Translations under genes and position numbers: made by a program
Shown here: positions 40,091 through 55,175 of the stretch, piece by piece
Layout of the letters: each line of letters begins with the position of its first letter
Position numbering within the stretch: the stretch's first letter is position 1
From: Octopus vulgaris
Lineage: Eukaryota
Assembly (NCBI GenBank): GCA_951406725.2
Contig: OX597816.1
Coordinates: forward strand, 84,692,001-84,756,000
Reading direction: 5' to 3'
Length of the DNA stretch: 64,000 nt
The notes under the pieces: generated by a model
The model's database searches: none
The model's input: the letters and a program-made list of their open reading frames with translations, nothing else
Told to the model about the DNA's origin: nothing

Positions 40091-40799
40091 ATGTAGGAGG
40101 GAGAATTGTCATTAAAGCGTTAGATAGAATGTTTTACAATCTATGTTCCATCTCCTACGTTTCAGGTTCAAATCTTACCGAGGTCAACTTTGTTCTTCAT
40201 GACACTGAGGTTGCTAAATAATGTATTAATCTCCTAGTCAGTACTGAGGATATGGAGAGGAACTGCTTCCAGGATTCGATGCCGAAGACATATGTTATGA
40301 CATCGGTCCCATGACTCCGTTAGGCGCAGTGGGATGTAGGTAATACGCATGCCCCCACCCCACATATATATATGTGTGTCGGTATGAGTATATGAGTACG
40401 CGTGTTTACATGAACAAAATCGTAGTAATTAATACGTATAATGTCAAATGCCTTTAATAGTATCATACCCTGGAATGCTGGGTAATCGCAAGAATGTACA
40501 CTCAACCCCTGACACGAACATCAGTAACATATATAAATTATATTTTTCGTACGTTTTTGATATTGCATTATATATCAATTAGAAATATGACTCAGAAGTG
40601 CTAATTTAAATAAATTAAAATTAGTAAATAAGTTGATAAGATAAAATTATGAGAGTAACTTTGAGTTTGTTATACTTTATGGTGAGTTACCGGCAAGCTA
40701 ACAAAGGTGATAGTGACAGTGCGTCTTATATTGGTGTAATATTTTCCTGGCATATTGTAAAGTTTTGATCCAATTAATCAGAAAGTAGCGTAATGTTCC

Positions 40800-41500
40800 A
40801 ATGTGTCAGTAGACATTTGTCAATATGGTGACAGTTTTTGAGAATCTCTGATCTGACGTTTTAATAGTATGTGGATTATTAAAGTTGTTTTCTATAAGAC
40901 TCTTTTCAGCTATGCATAATTCATGACTTTTTGTACTATTTCTGTATGGTCTGTATCTCTTGAATAGATTTGTTGCATTCTTCTTTTCAATATACTTGAA
41001 AGAAGTATGATTGAAGTGACGTTTAAATATATTCATTTTTACTCTATTTACATAATGTCTGCGTACAATATTTTGCTTTGGTTGGAGCAGTGACTTCAAC
41101 ATTGCATGGTCGATTAAGAGTAGCTTTCGTTTATATTACTGGATATGCAGTTAGCCTCCGTTAACTGAGTTCATTTGCTTTTTATTAAGTTTTCTTACTC
41201 TTGTTTTAGGCATAGCTTACTTGAAAGTTATGTGTATTAAATAATTTTCTCTGTTATGCATTAAGGAGGGAACGTTTATTTATAAATAACTGACAGTTTT
41301 TGCAATGTGGTTCTTGCCATTTAAGCCATTCCTGGATGTATCAGATAATTATTCTGCGGTATCTCTTCTTACTATCAGATGGCACGCATGATTATAGGAA
41401 TTTCGTTATATGATGTCTGAATCTCTTAGCTAGCTACTACTACAGCGTAAAAATACGCAAATACTTCCAAGATGGTCCCACTAAGGGTTTTGGACCAAGA
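40800..41500 (-). mobile_element. Possible decayed Penelope-like element (GIY-YIG C-terminal part)
   Basis: FKRHFNHTSFKYIEKKNATNL...PYRNSTKSHELCIAEKSLI resembles PLE FK.R..NH..SF.....N.T.LS...Y......C.LC..EK..I. Confidence 0.5.
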
Positions 41501-41794
41501 CCTGTTTAAATCCAACATCCCAAATATGATACTCAACTTAAATTTCCTTAAGATTCAAATACATTTCAAAGTGAACTTGACTTTAATATGATGAAAGTTA
41601 AGAAATAAAACAAAACAAAAAAAACACAACAAAAATTCATATTCTGATATAAAAATAAAACACTTTATGAAGTAAAAATTAGTACCTGAAACAAATCCCT
41701 AAATAAAGATATCCTAAACTATAAAATCGTAGCGTAAACAATAGGCGAAAAATACGTCACAAAATTAAGTTAGATTATTTTATTTTTTTAATTT

Positions 41795-42066
41795 TTTTTA
41801 TTTTTATTTCATCTAGTTTCAGCTCACGAGCTGTGGCCATGCTGGGGCACCGCCATTTGGTGTTGCTACATAATTTTACTTCACGAATGCTTTTTAGCAA
41901 TCGACATCTGGTGCATGGAAGAGTTTGATGCAGCTGCCCTCATCTGCACCTCCTGCTGCGAAGTTGGTTCATCTGGGACACCTGACAGGAAGAGGTTCAG
42001 CTTTATTTTGAAGACACCTACATCCACCCCATGCAGGTCTCTCAGGTCCTTCGGGGGGATATTGAA
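41795..42066 (-). mobile_element. CR1-group LINE 3' end
   Basis: [36 protein letters not shown]...NS is homologous to the C-terminus of the 50641-51834 ORF; tail ggcggtgccccagcatggccacagc...tgaaactag then A-rich repeats. Confidence 0.85.
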
Positions 42067-43112
42067 GAGCAACTATATGTTAAAATATTTACACAAATGT
42101 ACAGTGTACATTCTATGTGTTATTTAGTCACATCAAATAGCTTGTCACCATTACATTGACCGAGACACTTTCTAAAAAATATAGTAAAGACTTGCTAGCG
42201 TGCATGATAACTCTAATTTCAAAATCGCCAATAGGGGTAAAATTCTAATCTAATCAATTAGTAAAATTACACTATGTCAAACTGTGTAAACTTTCGATTC
42301 ATTTACTGTCTATGTTTTAAAAAAATCAATGGAATACTGTGAAGCTATTTTCAATAATTATAAATTCGTGGCTAGATTAATTATTTGCAATAGTCGCGTT
42401 GTAAAATATATTTAGTATATTTACTAAGTAGATATATTTTGTTCTATGCAGGGTTAATTAACCTATACTTGTAGTAAACTTGTAGACAATCATTATAATC
42501 TTGAAATGTAATTTGGCATTTATGATGCAAAACGTTCGGCTCTATGACCTGTTTTAAACTTGATGGCTCATGTGAGGATACTTATTTTCTGTACGTAACT
42601 GTAATGTTGCTTGAAAGAAGGTGAGACTATATAAGTATTTTCCTCTCATAAATGTATTGTTTGTTAGAATGAATAAGTAGTTTTCGAATTACCAAGTGCT
42701 GTTTTATCTTTCTTTCACCGCTCTTGAAAGGTGTTTATGTGAGAATAAATCTTGCCTTTCTTATCTCAAATAAAACGTACTCAAAATCCTTCAGTAATTT
42801 GTTACTCGGAGGGTGTGTGGAATTTTGTGTCTTAAAGCCATATGTTTAGTCATTAGAAACATCAGATGGGTTGTCGAAGAATTATGATTCTATCGCATTT
42901 TCCTTATCTAGCTTCCCGTTTGCTTTCCATTAAAATGCTTTAAATATGCATTTCCAGAACCATAGAAATGTTCAGTCTGACTGGTAGTACAATGTTATTT
43001 AAGATTTTGTATGTACAGCTCTCGAAAATTAAGAGGCATACCTGTATACATGCACGCATGTATATCGGTATATCTGTTCACATACATTCACTTATATATA
43101 TATATATATGTA

Positions 43113-43156
<44 letters not shown>

Positions 43157-43228
43157 TAACATATAGTATAATTATAAACAGGGCAAATTTTAACCATTTC
43201 TCCACAGACTGAAAAATAAATGAAGAAC

Positions 43229-43272
43229 AACCTTAATCGATTTTCGAACCTTATTGGGTTCTCATCAGTGGC
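43229..43272 (-). ncRNA. Minimal type I hammerhead ribozyme motif (PLE-type)
   Basis: gcca CTGATGA GAACC caataa GGTTC GAAA atcgat TA aggt: intact core, perfect 5-bp stem II, palindromic stem III (AATCGATT), UUA cleavage triplet; stem I has a proximal mismatch. Confidence 0.8.
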
Positions 43273-44419
43273 GTCTACATCATTCTGATAGTCTCCAGAG
43301 AAACAAGCAGCCAAACTGTTTATATACTCAACAAATGCAGCAGCTATGAAGGGGTCCCTAATTTGCATACCGAAAGTGTTTAATACTCTATAAATACCAG
43401 CGGCCTGTTAATGGGGTCTCAAAATAGTAGCTGTAATTAATAATATACACCACACAATCTTGAACAATTAACTCCCCGAAAGTTTGCCATAGATGTACTA
43501 GTAATAATAAGACTCTTGTTTCTGACATTATCAGAAATTAAACTACTTTTTTTCGTTCTATCATTTAATCAACATCAATTCAATCGACCCAATATCTTTT
43601 CATACTCACTTGAAGGTAAATGTCTTAGTAAGAAAAGGTATATTGTACTAATTTGAATTTGATATTTCTCAGTAAAAAAGATCATTTAGTCTTAAGAGAA
43701 CGTGGCTTTGAAACTAAATACACGCACAAGGCATAACTTTTTCGTAACCAGGAAAGAAAAATGCATAAACTCTTTCTTACATCATGTTCGAAGAATGAAA
43801 AGCAAATGCATTACTAAATTTAAGATAATGTAGTGAAAGTTTCAATTTGTCTGACCATATTCCTGAAGAAATAGGTCATGATGGTTGAGTTCCTGTTGAA
43901 ACATTTCCAGAGTGGCAACTCTTCTCAACTTGCAAAATTCTTGAAATTAACCAATTTAAAATGATTTCAGCTTCTACGGAAATTTATTCTCTTTACAAGA
44001 CGAAAAATGTAATTATATCGTGCAATTTCTTTGAATCTTAATTTTTTAATTTTTTTTAAGTCTTCTAATTCCAGTGAATATACTATGAATATTTTAAGTT
44101 CTCAAGTGATATTTCGTGTCATTTAGTCTCTGATTAACTTTTATTAAAATATATTTTAAAAGAAAACTGAAAACTGTTTGTGTGCTGACAACTATTTTTC
44201 ATAATTATAAAAATAACTCAAATTTCCCTGTTAAAGATTCTCAGTCATTTAGCTCTATAGCGATCATCAGCTTCTCCCTTTCAACTGTTGATATTTATAC
44301 ATATATGTTGCATAAAATAAGTTTGCTGATTGGTTTTATACATAAACTTGATGAGTCGATATATTTCAGTGCTGGTAAAATAATACTGATACAGTGTATT
44401 ATTTCATACATTATAAAAT

Positions 44420-45075
<656 letters not shown>

Positions 45076-45203
45076 AGGAGCGGTTGTGTGGTAAGAAGCT
45101 TGCTTCCCAAGAACATGGTTGGGCAAGTGTCTTCTATTATAGCATCGGGCCGACCAAAGCCTTGTGAGTGAATTTGGTAGACGGAAACTGGAAGAAGTCT
45201 GTT

Positions 45204-45283
<80 letters not shown>

Positions 45284-45507
45284 ATGTATGTATTTTTGTG
45301 TCTGTATTCCTCCTCCCACCATCGCTTGACAACCGATGTTGGTGTGTTTACGTCCCGGTAACATAGCGGCTCAGCACAAGAGACTGATAGAATAAGTACG
45401 AGGTTTACAAAGAATAAATCCTGGAGTTGATTTGTTCGACTAAAGGCGGTGCTCCTGCATAACCGCAGTGAAATGACTGACACAAGTAATAGAATACAAA
45501 AATAAAA

Positions 45508-45592
<85 letters not shown>

Positions 45593-46660
45593 GAGAAAGA
45601 GAGATAAACGTATACATATATATATATACACACACTCACAGATATACATGCATGCAGACATACGCACGTTTATTTGTATGTGTATATAAATGTATTTGAA
45701 TGTATCGTATATATAAGTAAAAGATACATGTATATGCGTGTGTATATATGATGTGTATGCATGTATGTTTATATGTAGATATGTATAAATATATTACTGG
45801 GTGTGTATCTGTGTGTAAAGTTTTTAGAAAGATTAATTGAATGCAAAAACGCTTGTAATTGGTAACAATACTCACTGCATTGGACACTAATCCCAAGTTT
45901 GAAGGAGATTACCTGGAGTAGATAATTGCAATTGGCGAATTCTTAGAAAACTAATTTGGGGATTACCAAAGGACGGAGAGAGAAGAGAGAAATGAGTAAA
46001 TAGGAGATATGAGAGTAAGTTAGGGAGAAGGAGAGAAAGAGATAGAGAGAGAGGAGGAGAAAAAGGAGAGAAAGGGACACAAAAGAAGGGAGGGAGGGAG
46101 GGAGAAACGAAGGGAGGGAAAGAGAGGGTGGAAATGGACAGATAAATATTGATTTCTTACGTAGGCACAATATCAGATTTTGAAGATGACAAAGAGAGCA
46201 GTGGATTAAATTTATCCCCAATATATTGATGTACTTTTTTATATATATATATATATTCATACATGCTGATATATTTATATAAACACACACACTCACACAT
46301 ACACACGCGCGCGCACACACACACATATATCTATCATTATATATAAATACATGCTTATATGTCTCTCATATATATAGACGTTTATATATATATTTATATA
46401 TATATTTATACATACGTATGTATATTTGCATATATACGCACAATACACACATATACACACACACGCATACATATCTAGATAGACACATACGCACATATAT
46501 GTATATATATATATACGTGTATTTAACTAAATACGTATATGCATATATATAAACATTTAAATGCAAGCATAGACACACACATATATATATATACACATAT
46601 ATACATATTTCTCTTTCTGTATATATATTTCCACTCGTGTGGTACCTTACAACTTCACTT

Positions 46661-46744
<84 letters not shown>

Positions 46745-46971
46745 ATATTTACATTGATACATAGGCGGAGCTATTGCTGTGTAGTAAGAAGCTTGCTTCT
46801 TAACCTCATGGTTCTCCGTTGGTTCAGTTTCACTGCGTGGCACCTTGGGTAAGTATCTTCTACTATAGCCTCAGGCCGACCAAAACCTTGTGAGTGGATT
46901 TGGTAGATGGAAACAGAAAGAAGACCGTTGTATACAACATACACATACATACATATACATACATACATACA

Positions 46972-47062
<91 letters not shown>

Positions 47063-47064
<2 letters not shown>

Positions 47065-48183
47065 ACACTGATTGCTGAAGTATAAAGACGTGTTTTTACT
47101 CTTCTCCGCGCCGGTCAGCAGCAAGCTTCACAGCTACAAACGAAATTGACCATCACATATATTCCTGTATATTTGAAACCACGCGTTTTCCCAACTCGTG
47201 AGTAGACTTTTCTTTAACTACAAATTATGTTCATAAATTTCAAACGACCAAATAAACAAAACCACACACTCCTATGAGAGAGTATCTATTTATATATATA
47301 CACTTCGTCAACACCTTCTGATAACTAAAGGATCACCCACACATTAAAAATTAGAAAAAGAGGGGAAAAAAGAAAAGAAAGGAAAGATAAAATAACTGCA
47401 AGCTCATAATTCAAATACAAATTTCTCAGTATTACATCAAACATTCTGTACAATCTATTCTACATACTTCTGAAAAATAAATAAATAAATAAATAAATAA
47501 AAAATAATCAACAAAACAAACGAACAAAATAAAATTTAATTAAACACATCCACCAGAATGGCTAGCCACTAAAAATCCAACAAAAACTGGTCTGATAATG
47601 AAATCGACGTTCTTATCAACACATGGCATTGCCTTACCCAAACAGAGAGCATAGGAGTTTCGTGTCTGAACGAAATTGCTAAACGAACAGTTCACCTTTT
47701 GCAAACTCGATCTGAACAGCAGATACAAAATAAATTAAAACAAATCGAAGTTGCTTTTAAATTAATAAATAAACACTTCGATAAACTGAGATGTGTTTTC
47801 TCTTCGAACGCATCTCCGGCACAACAACAAAAACAACAACGGCTACAACAACAACAACAACAACAACTTCAGCAGCACCAACAACAACCTCAACAACAAC
47901 CTCAGCGGCAACAACGAGAGTATGAACCACTCCTTGATTCATCTACAATGGCCGATGTGCTAAACGAAACGATTGACCCCCCCAGCCATCAGGGTCACGC
48001 AGCAGAAAGCACCACCCCTTCCTTTCACTGCCCCAGCAGCTCAATCATCATCACTGTTAACATCATCTCCTCTGCTTACTACTACTAGTACTACACCCAC
48101 TATCTATCCACAAACATCTTTGTCTACCGCTATATCATGGAATCCACCTCCTCAATCATCATCACTGTCATCATCTCTTCTGC

Positions 48184-48258
<75 letters not shown>

Positions 48259-51200
48259 ATGCTATCTCAAGGAGTCTACCTCCTACAAGTCACAAAGTTC
48301 ACCAAAACCGCAACAAACTATCATCTACACCTCTCACAACTCACACACGCACCTACACACCTACTCGAAACCCCATCATTTGCCGATATTCTCTTCGCCA
48401 TAAATTATGCACTGATAGCGACTGCAAATTCACCCATTTACCTGGAACAAAACGCTCTATTCCCACAAACTACAACAGCCACCACCATAATACATACTCT
48501 ATTACAACACCACCACAACCACCAATAACTCAAAGAAGGAATCCCCAAATCTGCCGTTATTCCCAGCGAGACAGATTGTGTTTGCACAGGGATTGCCCCT
48601 TTACCCATCTCCCGGGAACTCGTCGGACAATTGATAATAAAAGTAAAAATAAAAACAAAAACACCTACGACTCATATAGCAATAACCACTCATATAAAAA
48701 TAACCACAACCACAGTCACCTACAGTTCCCTAGACAGGAAACTTCTTCCTCTTTTTTAGCTATAATGAATCTAGCAAAAGAACTGGAAAAAAAACATCCG
48801 AGCTATCACCCACCACCATCCACCACTATCACCCCACTGCACATGCCATTAAAAAGCAATCAAATAAACAAAACACCAAAACAATTAAAACTATCCACTC
48901 TCGCCTCAACATTTTTGCTTAATGCCCAAGGCATCAGCCCTTCCACCAATACTCAAAAATGGAAGATAAAATTCCTGGAGGACTCGGTCGATACCCATCC
49001 AAACCACATCCATTTCTTCGTCCTCACTGAAACCCATCTTAGTAACCTCCACTTGGAAGCCGAGGTGAAAGTTAAAAATTTCAAAGCCATTCGTGCTGAT
49101 TGTGCTGGCAGAAGAAAGGGTGGGACTGCCATTTATGTTCATGATACTTTCTCAACAGAGGCTATGAACATATTTTCCAATGGATACTGCGAAGCAGTCG
49201 CTGTATTCAGTCAAACCAACAACTTAACAGTAGTTGGGCTCTACAGACCACCCCAAACGCCCCTACCATGCTTCAAGGAATGCCTCAATAACTTAAAGTG
49301 TTTCATTCAGCAGTATCAATCTGACAACATCTTAATGATGGGGGACTTCAATCTCCCTGGAGTTGACTGGTCTACCGTCTGCCACCAGGTTCTTCTGCCT
49401 CAACCCCTGACAGGGAGGCAGTGGAATCGCTTCATGATTTCATGGATTATTTTTTCCTGTCCCAACTGGTGCTCGAACCAACGAGATGTCACAAAAACGT
49501 CCTAGACTTAATTTTCAGCAATCACACTGACACTATCCACAATATTGCAGTGGAGAAAACTCTATTCTCTGATCACGACATGGTTCTCTGTGATCTGAGA
49601 TTTCACTGGCCAAAATGCAAAACAAACGCCATCCCTCCTGTCCATCCATTTGACACTATGGATTTCCACAACGCAAACTGGGAAGCGATCAGTAATGATC
49701 TTGCACAAGTCGATTGGTCCTTCACGCACACATACACACCCACTAACATCAAAAACGTCAATAAGTCCTGGCAGTCATTTGTAGACACCATTACGAACAT
49801 ATGTGCAAAACACACCCCTTTAAGATCTGCAAACAAATCTAAGTGCAGAATCCCCAGAAATAGAAAAACTCTCATCAGGAAAATTAAAAGAATCAACAAA
49901 AAAATCAACAAGCTGAAATACTGCCAACAGCAACACACCAACCTGACTGCCATCACGTCACTAGAGATTAAAAAACATAACCTCCAAAACAACATGATGT
50001 TTATCATCAATAGTCAGAGAAGAGCTGAAGAGGCCTGGGCCATTGAGAAGATCAAACTTAATCCCAAAGTGTTCTTCTCATTTGCAAAACAACACAAAGT
50101 TACTGGCTCTACTGTTGGCCCTCTGATTGATGAAAATGGTACTCTTCAAGACAATGCCAAAACCATGGGAGAGATGTTGCAGAAACAATACTGCTCTGTT
50201 TTCAGCAATCCTGATATGGCTGATCTGGGCTGTATCACTGATGTTACTCTCCAAAACACTTTATCGGACATAACCTTTGGCGCTCCTGATGTCTTAGCAG
50301 CAATAAAGGAAATGAAGCATAATTCAGCAGTAGGTCCCGATAGGTTCCCTGCTTGTGTCCAACTTGCACCCCCTCTAGCCAATCTGTGGCGGAACTCACT
50401 GGATGCTGGATATATACCAGAAAACCTTCTATCCCAGTCTGATGTCCCAGTTTTCAAAAAAGGAAACAAATCCCTTGCCGTGAATTACCGTCCAATCTCA
50501 CTCACCTCTCATATCATTAAGGTATTTGAGAGTGGTGAGATCGCGTATGACTCACTCCTTGAGAGTCATAATATGCTGAACTCCAACCAGCATGGATTCC
50601 GTAATGGAAGACACAGCTACTGCATCACTTCGATGAAATTTTGAGAGCCTTGGGAGAGGGTTCCAACACTGATGTTATCTACCTTGATTTCAGCAAGGCC
50701 TTTGACAGGGTTGATCATAAGATCCTTTTGAGAAAGCTGTCCAATATTGGTGTCTCTGGAAAACTACTGCAGTTGATCAAGTGCTTCCTGTCTAACAAAG
50801 CCCAACATGTTGTAGTCGAAGGAGTCAAATCCAGCCCAGCCAAAGTCAGTAGTGGTGTCCCACAAGGCACTGTGTTGGGCCCACTTCTCTTCATCATCTA
50901 CACTAATGACATCACTGACATCATCAAACACAGTAACATCAGAATCTTCGCTGATGATTCCAAGCTCCAGAAGGTCATCAATGGCGTGGATGACCGGATA
51001 AACCTTCAGTCAGACCTACTGGCTGTTGTCCAATGGGCGGAAAAGAACAACATGTTGCTAAACGAAGACAAATTCGAATTGATCCACTTTGGAAGGGAGG
51101 ACGCTCTGAAACTCCCATACTCCCTTCCTTCTGGTGAAACTCTCATGGCGTCTAACAACATCAGAGACTTGGGAGTAACTGTGGACAACAACATAAGCTG

Positions 51201-51920
51201 GGCTACACATATAAGCAGCAAAGTTGACATGGCCCGCAGAATGTGTTCCTGGATTCTCAGAACCTTCCAGTCGAGAGATTCCCACACCATTATTCTTCTC
51301 TTCTCCACTTTTGCCCGACCTCACCTTGAATACTGCTGTCCACTGTGGTTTCCCTACACGAAACGGAATATTATGAAAGTTGAAGCTCCCCAAATATCAA
51401 TCACGAAAAAGATAGATGGCATGTCAGACCTCGACTACTGGGATCGACTGGAAAAGCTGAAACTGTATTCACTCCAACGACGCCGTGAACGCTACATTAT
51501 CTGTATGATGTGGAAAATATTCCATCAGCACTGTCCAAATGATGTTGGTATCACCTTCAAAATACATCCAAGACTTGGACCCCGTGACATCCGTCCACAA
51601 CAAAAATCTCAATCGCATCTCATAACAACATTGCGGCACAATTATTTCACCTCAATTGGACCCGCCCTCTTCAACATTACACCAAGACACGTCAAAACAG
51701 AAACTGACCACACAAAATTCAAGAAGATTTTGGACAAATTCCTTCAAACAGTCCCGGACAAACCACCCACACCCAGATATGTCTCCGCAAACAATAACTC
51801 TCTGCTCGAATGGGCCTTGGTGCCCAAATCCTGAATTGAAAGACTTCACCAGGTGGTGCTATTAAGTTAGACATGGCCTGGGCCAATACTGGCCAAAACC
51901 TTTCTAAGTTATTCTAAGTT
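47063..51920 (+). mobile_element. Near full-length CR1-group LINE (ORF1 with two CCCH fingers, APE endonuclease, RT), frameshifted
   Basis: APE motifs LNAQGI, LTETHL, RKGGTAIYV, LYRPP, MGDFNLP, VLDLIFSN, SDHDMV; RT motifs NYRPISLTS, YLDFSKAFDRVDH, GVPQGTVLGPLLF, FADD, RDLGV, RPHLEYC; stop at 51834; tail (ttctaagtta)x2; (TA)n on both sides. Confidence 0.93.
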
Positions 51921-51930
51921 ATATATATAT

Positions 51931-52913
51931 TTATTTACTGCATTATATGCAACCTATGCGGGATGCTGTATGTAGGACAGACGGGACGCCGGTTGTCCGA
52001 CCGATTCACAGAACATTTGAGGGACGTTCGCCTACACTCTTTTTCTCTCGTCGCACGCCACTTCCGCTCGGCCGGCCATTCCCTAGATGACATCTCAGTG
52101 TTTGGTCTCGCCCCCCACAATGGTCGCCCACTTTCCAGGCTCCACTTGGAGCAACGCTACATCTTCACCCTACAAACTACTACCCCACACGGACTTAACA
52201 CAGCCCCCTCCTCTTCTTCTTCCCCTTTTTTTTTCCGGATACACCCCCCCACACACCTACCTACCTCCCACACGCCTGTTCACACACACACATACGTATA
52301 CACATCTACGTACATACATTCACACATTTAATCACACACACTTATAGACATACATGCACACACTAACATACAAACCAACATGCACATACATACACACATA
52401 CATACATACACACACACATACATACTTACACACACACACACACACAGACATACATACACACATACATACACACATACATACGCACATACATACACACACA
52501 CTCACACACACACATCGCACATACATACTTCCACACACACACATGCACACATACATGTAGGCACACACACATACATACATACATACCCACACATGCACAC
52601 CTTTACACGAATGCACACACACATACACCTATTTGCATCCAGGCAGCCCCCCCTCTTTTCTGCTTTCCGGTTTTGGCTGATGGATCCTCGGTTCCCGCAG
52701 AGCGGGTCGTTCGAGGGCTCTTGCGCTCGCGCGCCTTGGCGCGTGCTGGGGGCTTGGTCGGCCCCATGGGCTTGCGTTGTATTGTTTGTGTGTTGTGTGC
52801 GCGAGCGCGCTTCGTGTGTGTGGGCTTGCTTCGGGTGTGTGCGTGCGTATGTATACATACATACCCACACACACGCATGCATCCCTACCCACATACATAC
52901 ACGCACACCTACT

Positions 52914-52944
<31 letters not shown>

Positions 52945-55175
52945 CCGCACACACACACACATACATACACACACATACCTACTTCAGACATACACACACA
53001 CAGACATACACCCATACACTCACACTCACACGCATACACACACACACACATACACACGCACACGTACACATACACACACACACACCTACATACATACATT
53101 ACACTTGTACACACACACACCTACACAGCCATACCCTCACTCAGACACACACACCTACTACACACACACACACACACACATACACACACACATACATAAA
53201 CACACACACATACACATACACACATACGCACACACACATACATAAACACACACACATACACATACACACATACGCACACACACATATACTTATACACATG
53301 CACACACACTCACATACATACATACACCCATACACATACACACATACCTACATACTCCTATACGCACATACATACACACAGACATACACACATACACACT
53401 CACACAAACATACACACACACACACATACTTACACACACACTCGCCTGCACGCGCACACACATGCATGACAAACACCCATACACTCACACTCACATACGC
53501 ACACACCAACATAAACACGCACACGCACACACACACCTACACTCCCACACACATACATACGCACCTACATACACACACGCACGCATACACACGCACACAC
53601 ACGCATACACACATACATTACACACGTACACACACACCTACATACACATGCATACACACACACACAAACATGCACGGACACACCCAGACATACATACATA
53701 CACCTATACACACACGCCCACACACCTACATACACACACCTACATACACACACATACACGGACACACCCATACATACTTACATACATACACCTATACACA
53801 CACGCCTACACACCTACATACACACACATGCATACACACACACACATGTACGCACATACACACACACATACGCCCACACACATGCACACACACACATACG
53901 CACATGCATGCATGCACACGCGCACACCTACACGCATACATGCATACATGCATACACACACACACACGCACGTATACATACATACACACACACATACAAT
54001 CACCCATACACATACATGCATCCTACACACACATACATACACACTCACACATACATACACACACACACACTCACTCACACACCTGCATGTACGCGCACAC
54101 ACATGCACATACACACACTTCCACACACACACACGTACATACATACACACTCATACACATACACACACACACACACACGGACATACATCTATGCACACAC
54201 ATATATACACACATACTTACATACATTCATCGGACACACTGACACCCAGACATACACACAGACACACTCACACATCCACACACACACATACTTACACACA
54301 CACTCGCAGGCGCGCGCACACACGCGCTTGCGCCGGCTCGCGCACGCATACGCGCATGCATGCACCTCGCTCTTGGACCCGACGAGATCTCCGGCTCGTT
54401 TCTGGGGCCGTCGCCTGTCGTTGGGTTCTCCCACGCCCGTCTCCGCGGGACCACTCTTCCATCTTCCCCTCAGCTGGAGTCCTTTTTCCTTATAACCCCC
54501 CCTTTTTGTACACACACGCGCCCACATACATACACCCACTCACACACACACACATTTGCTTAAATATATACATTACTCTTACACACACTTCAAATCTACT
54601 CGCCATACATACAACTACGACACTGGACACACACACACTACCACTCAACACACACACTGGCACGTTACATACGCCCCCACCCCTTCCCCTCCCTCCCTTC
54701 CTCATTCCTTCATTTTTTTACTACTGACCACTGTCTGCTATGCCTACTACTGTCTCGCCCTACCTCACACGCCTACACACAGACGCACACACTAACATAT
54801 ACATATATTTTTTGTTTTTTTATCTCGCCTCACACACACATACACACACGCACACGCACACACTCACACATACACACACATCTGTTGCGTTACCAACCCT
54901 GTCTCCACTCTTTTGGCTTTAAAAACCTACTTTGCTCTTGTTATCGTAAACTTCCGCCTTTCACCATGTGTACTTCGTAAACACCAGTCGTTTTTTTTTT
55001 CTCCCTCTGTTTGCCCACCTCGGGATCTTTCTTTCCTCTCTCTTCCATCTTTATGTTTCCGACGAAGAGCTCCGCTCGAAACGTCATACCTTCCTGCTTC
55101 CATCTTTCCTGAGCGCCTATTAATAATAATACTGTAATTGTTCCACGTGTTGTTGTTTTTTCTGTTTTCCCGTTT

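Noticed and set aside
40545-40585. Degenerate hammerhead downstream of the possible PLE remnant (minus: ctaatt gatat..atatc aaaaacgta)
   Set aside because: Both core boxes are mutated; cannot be distinguished from chance in AT-rich DNA.
43078-43368. 96-aa ORF as a host exon
   Set aside because: No recognisable motif, ends in microsatellite, and overlaps the hammerhead motif.
54447-54459. 13-bp match gggaccactcttc to the MULE MITE TIR
   Set aside because: Isolated match with no partner TIR or TSD; could be chance.
52380-54727. 620-aa and 421-aa His/Thr-rich ORFs
   Set aside because: Translations of CA-rich low-complexity DNA with no domain signal.
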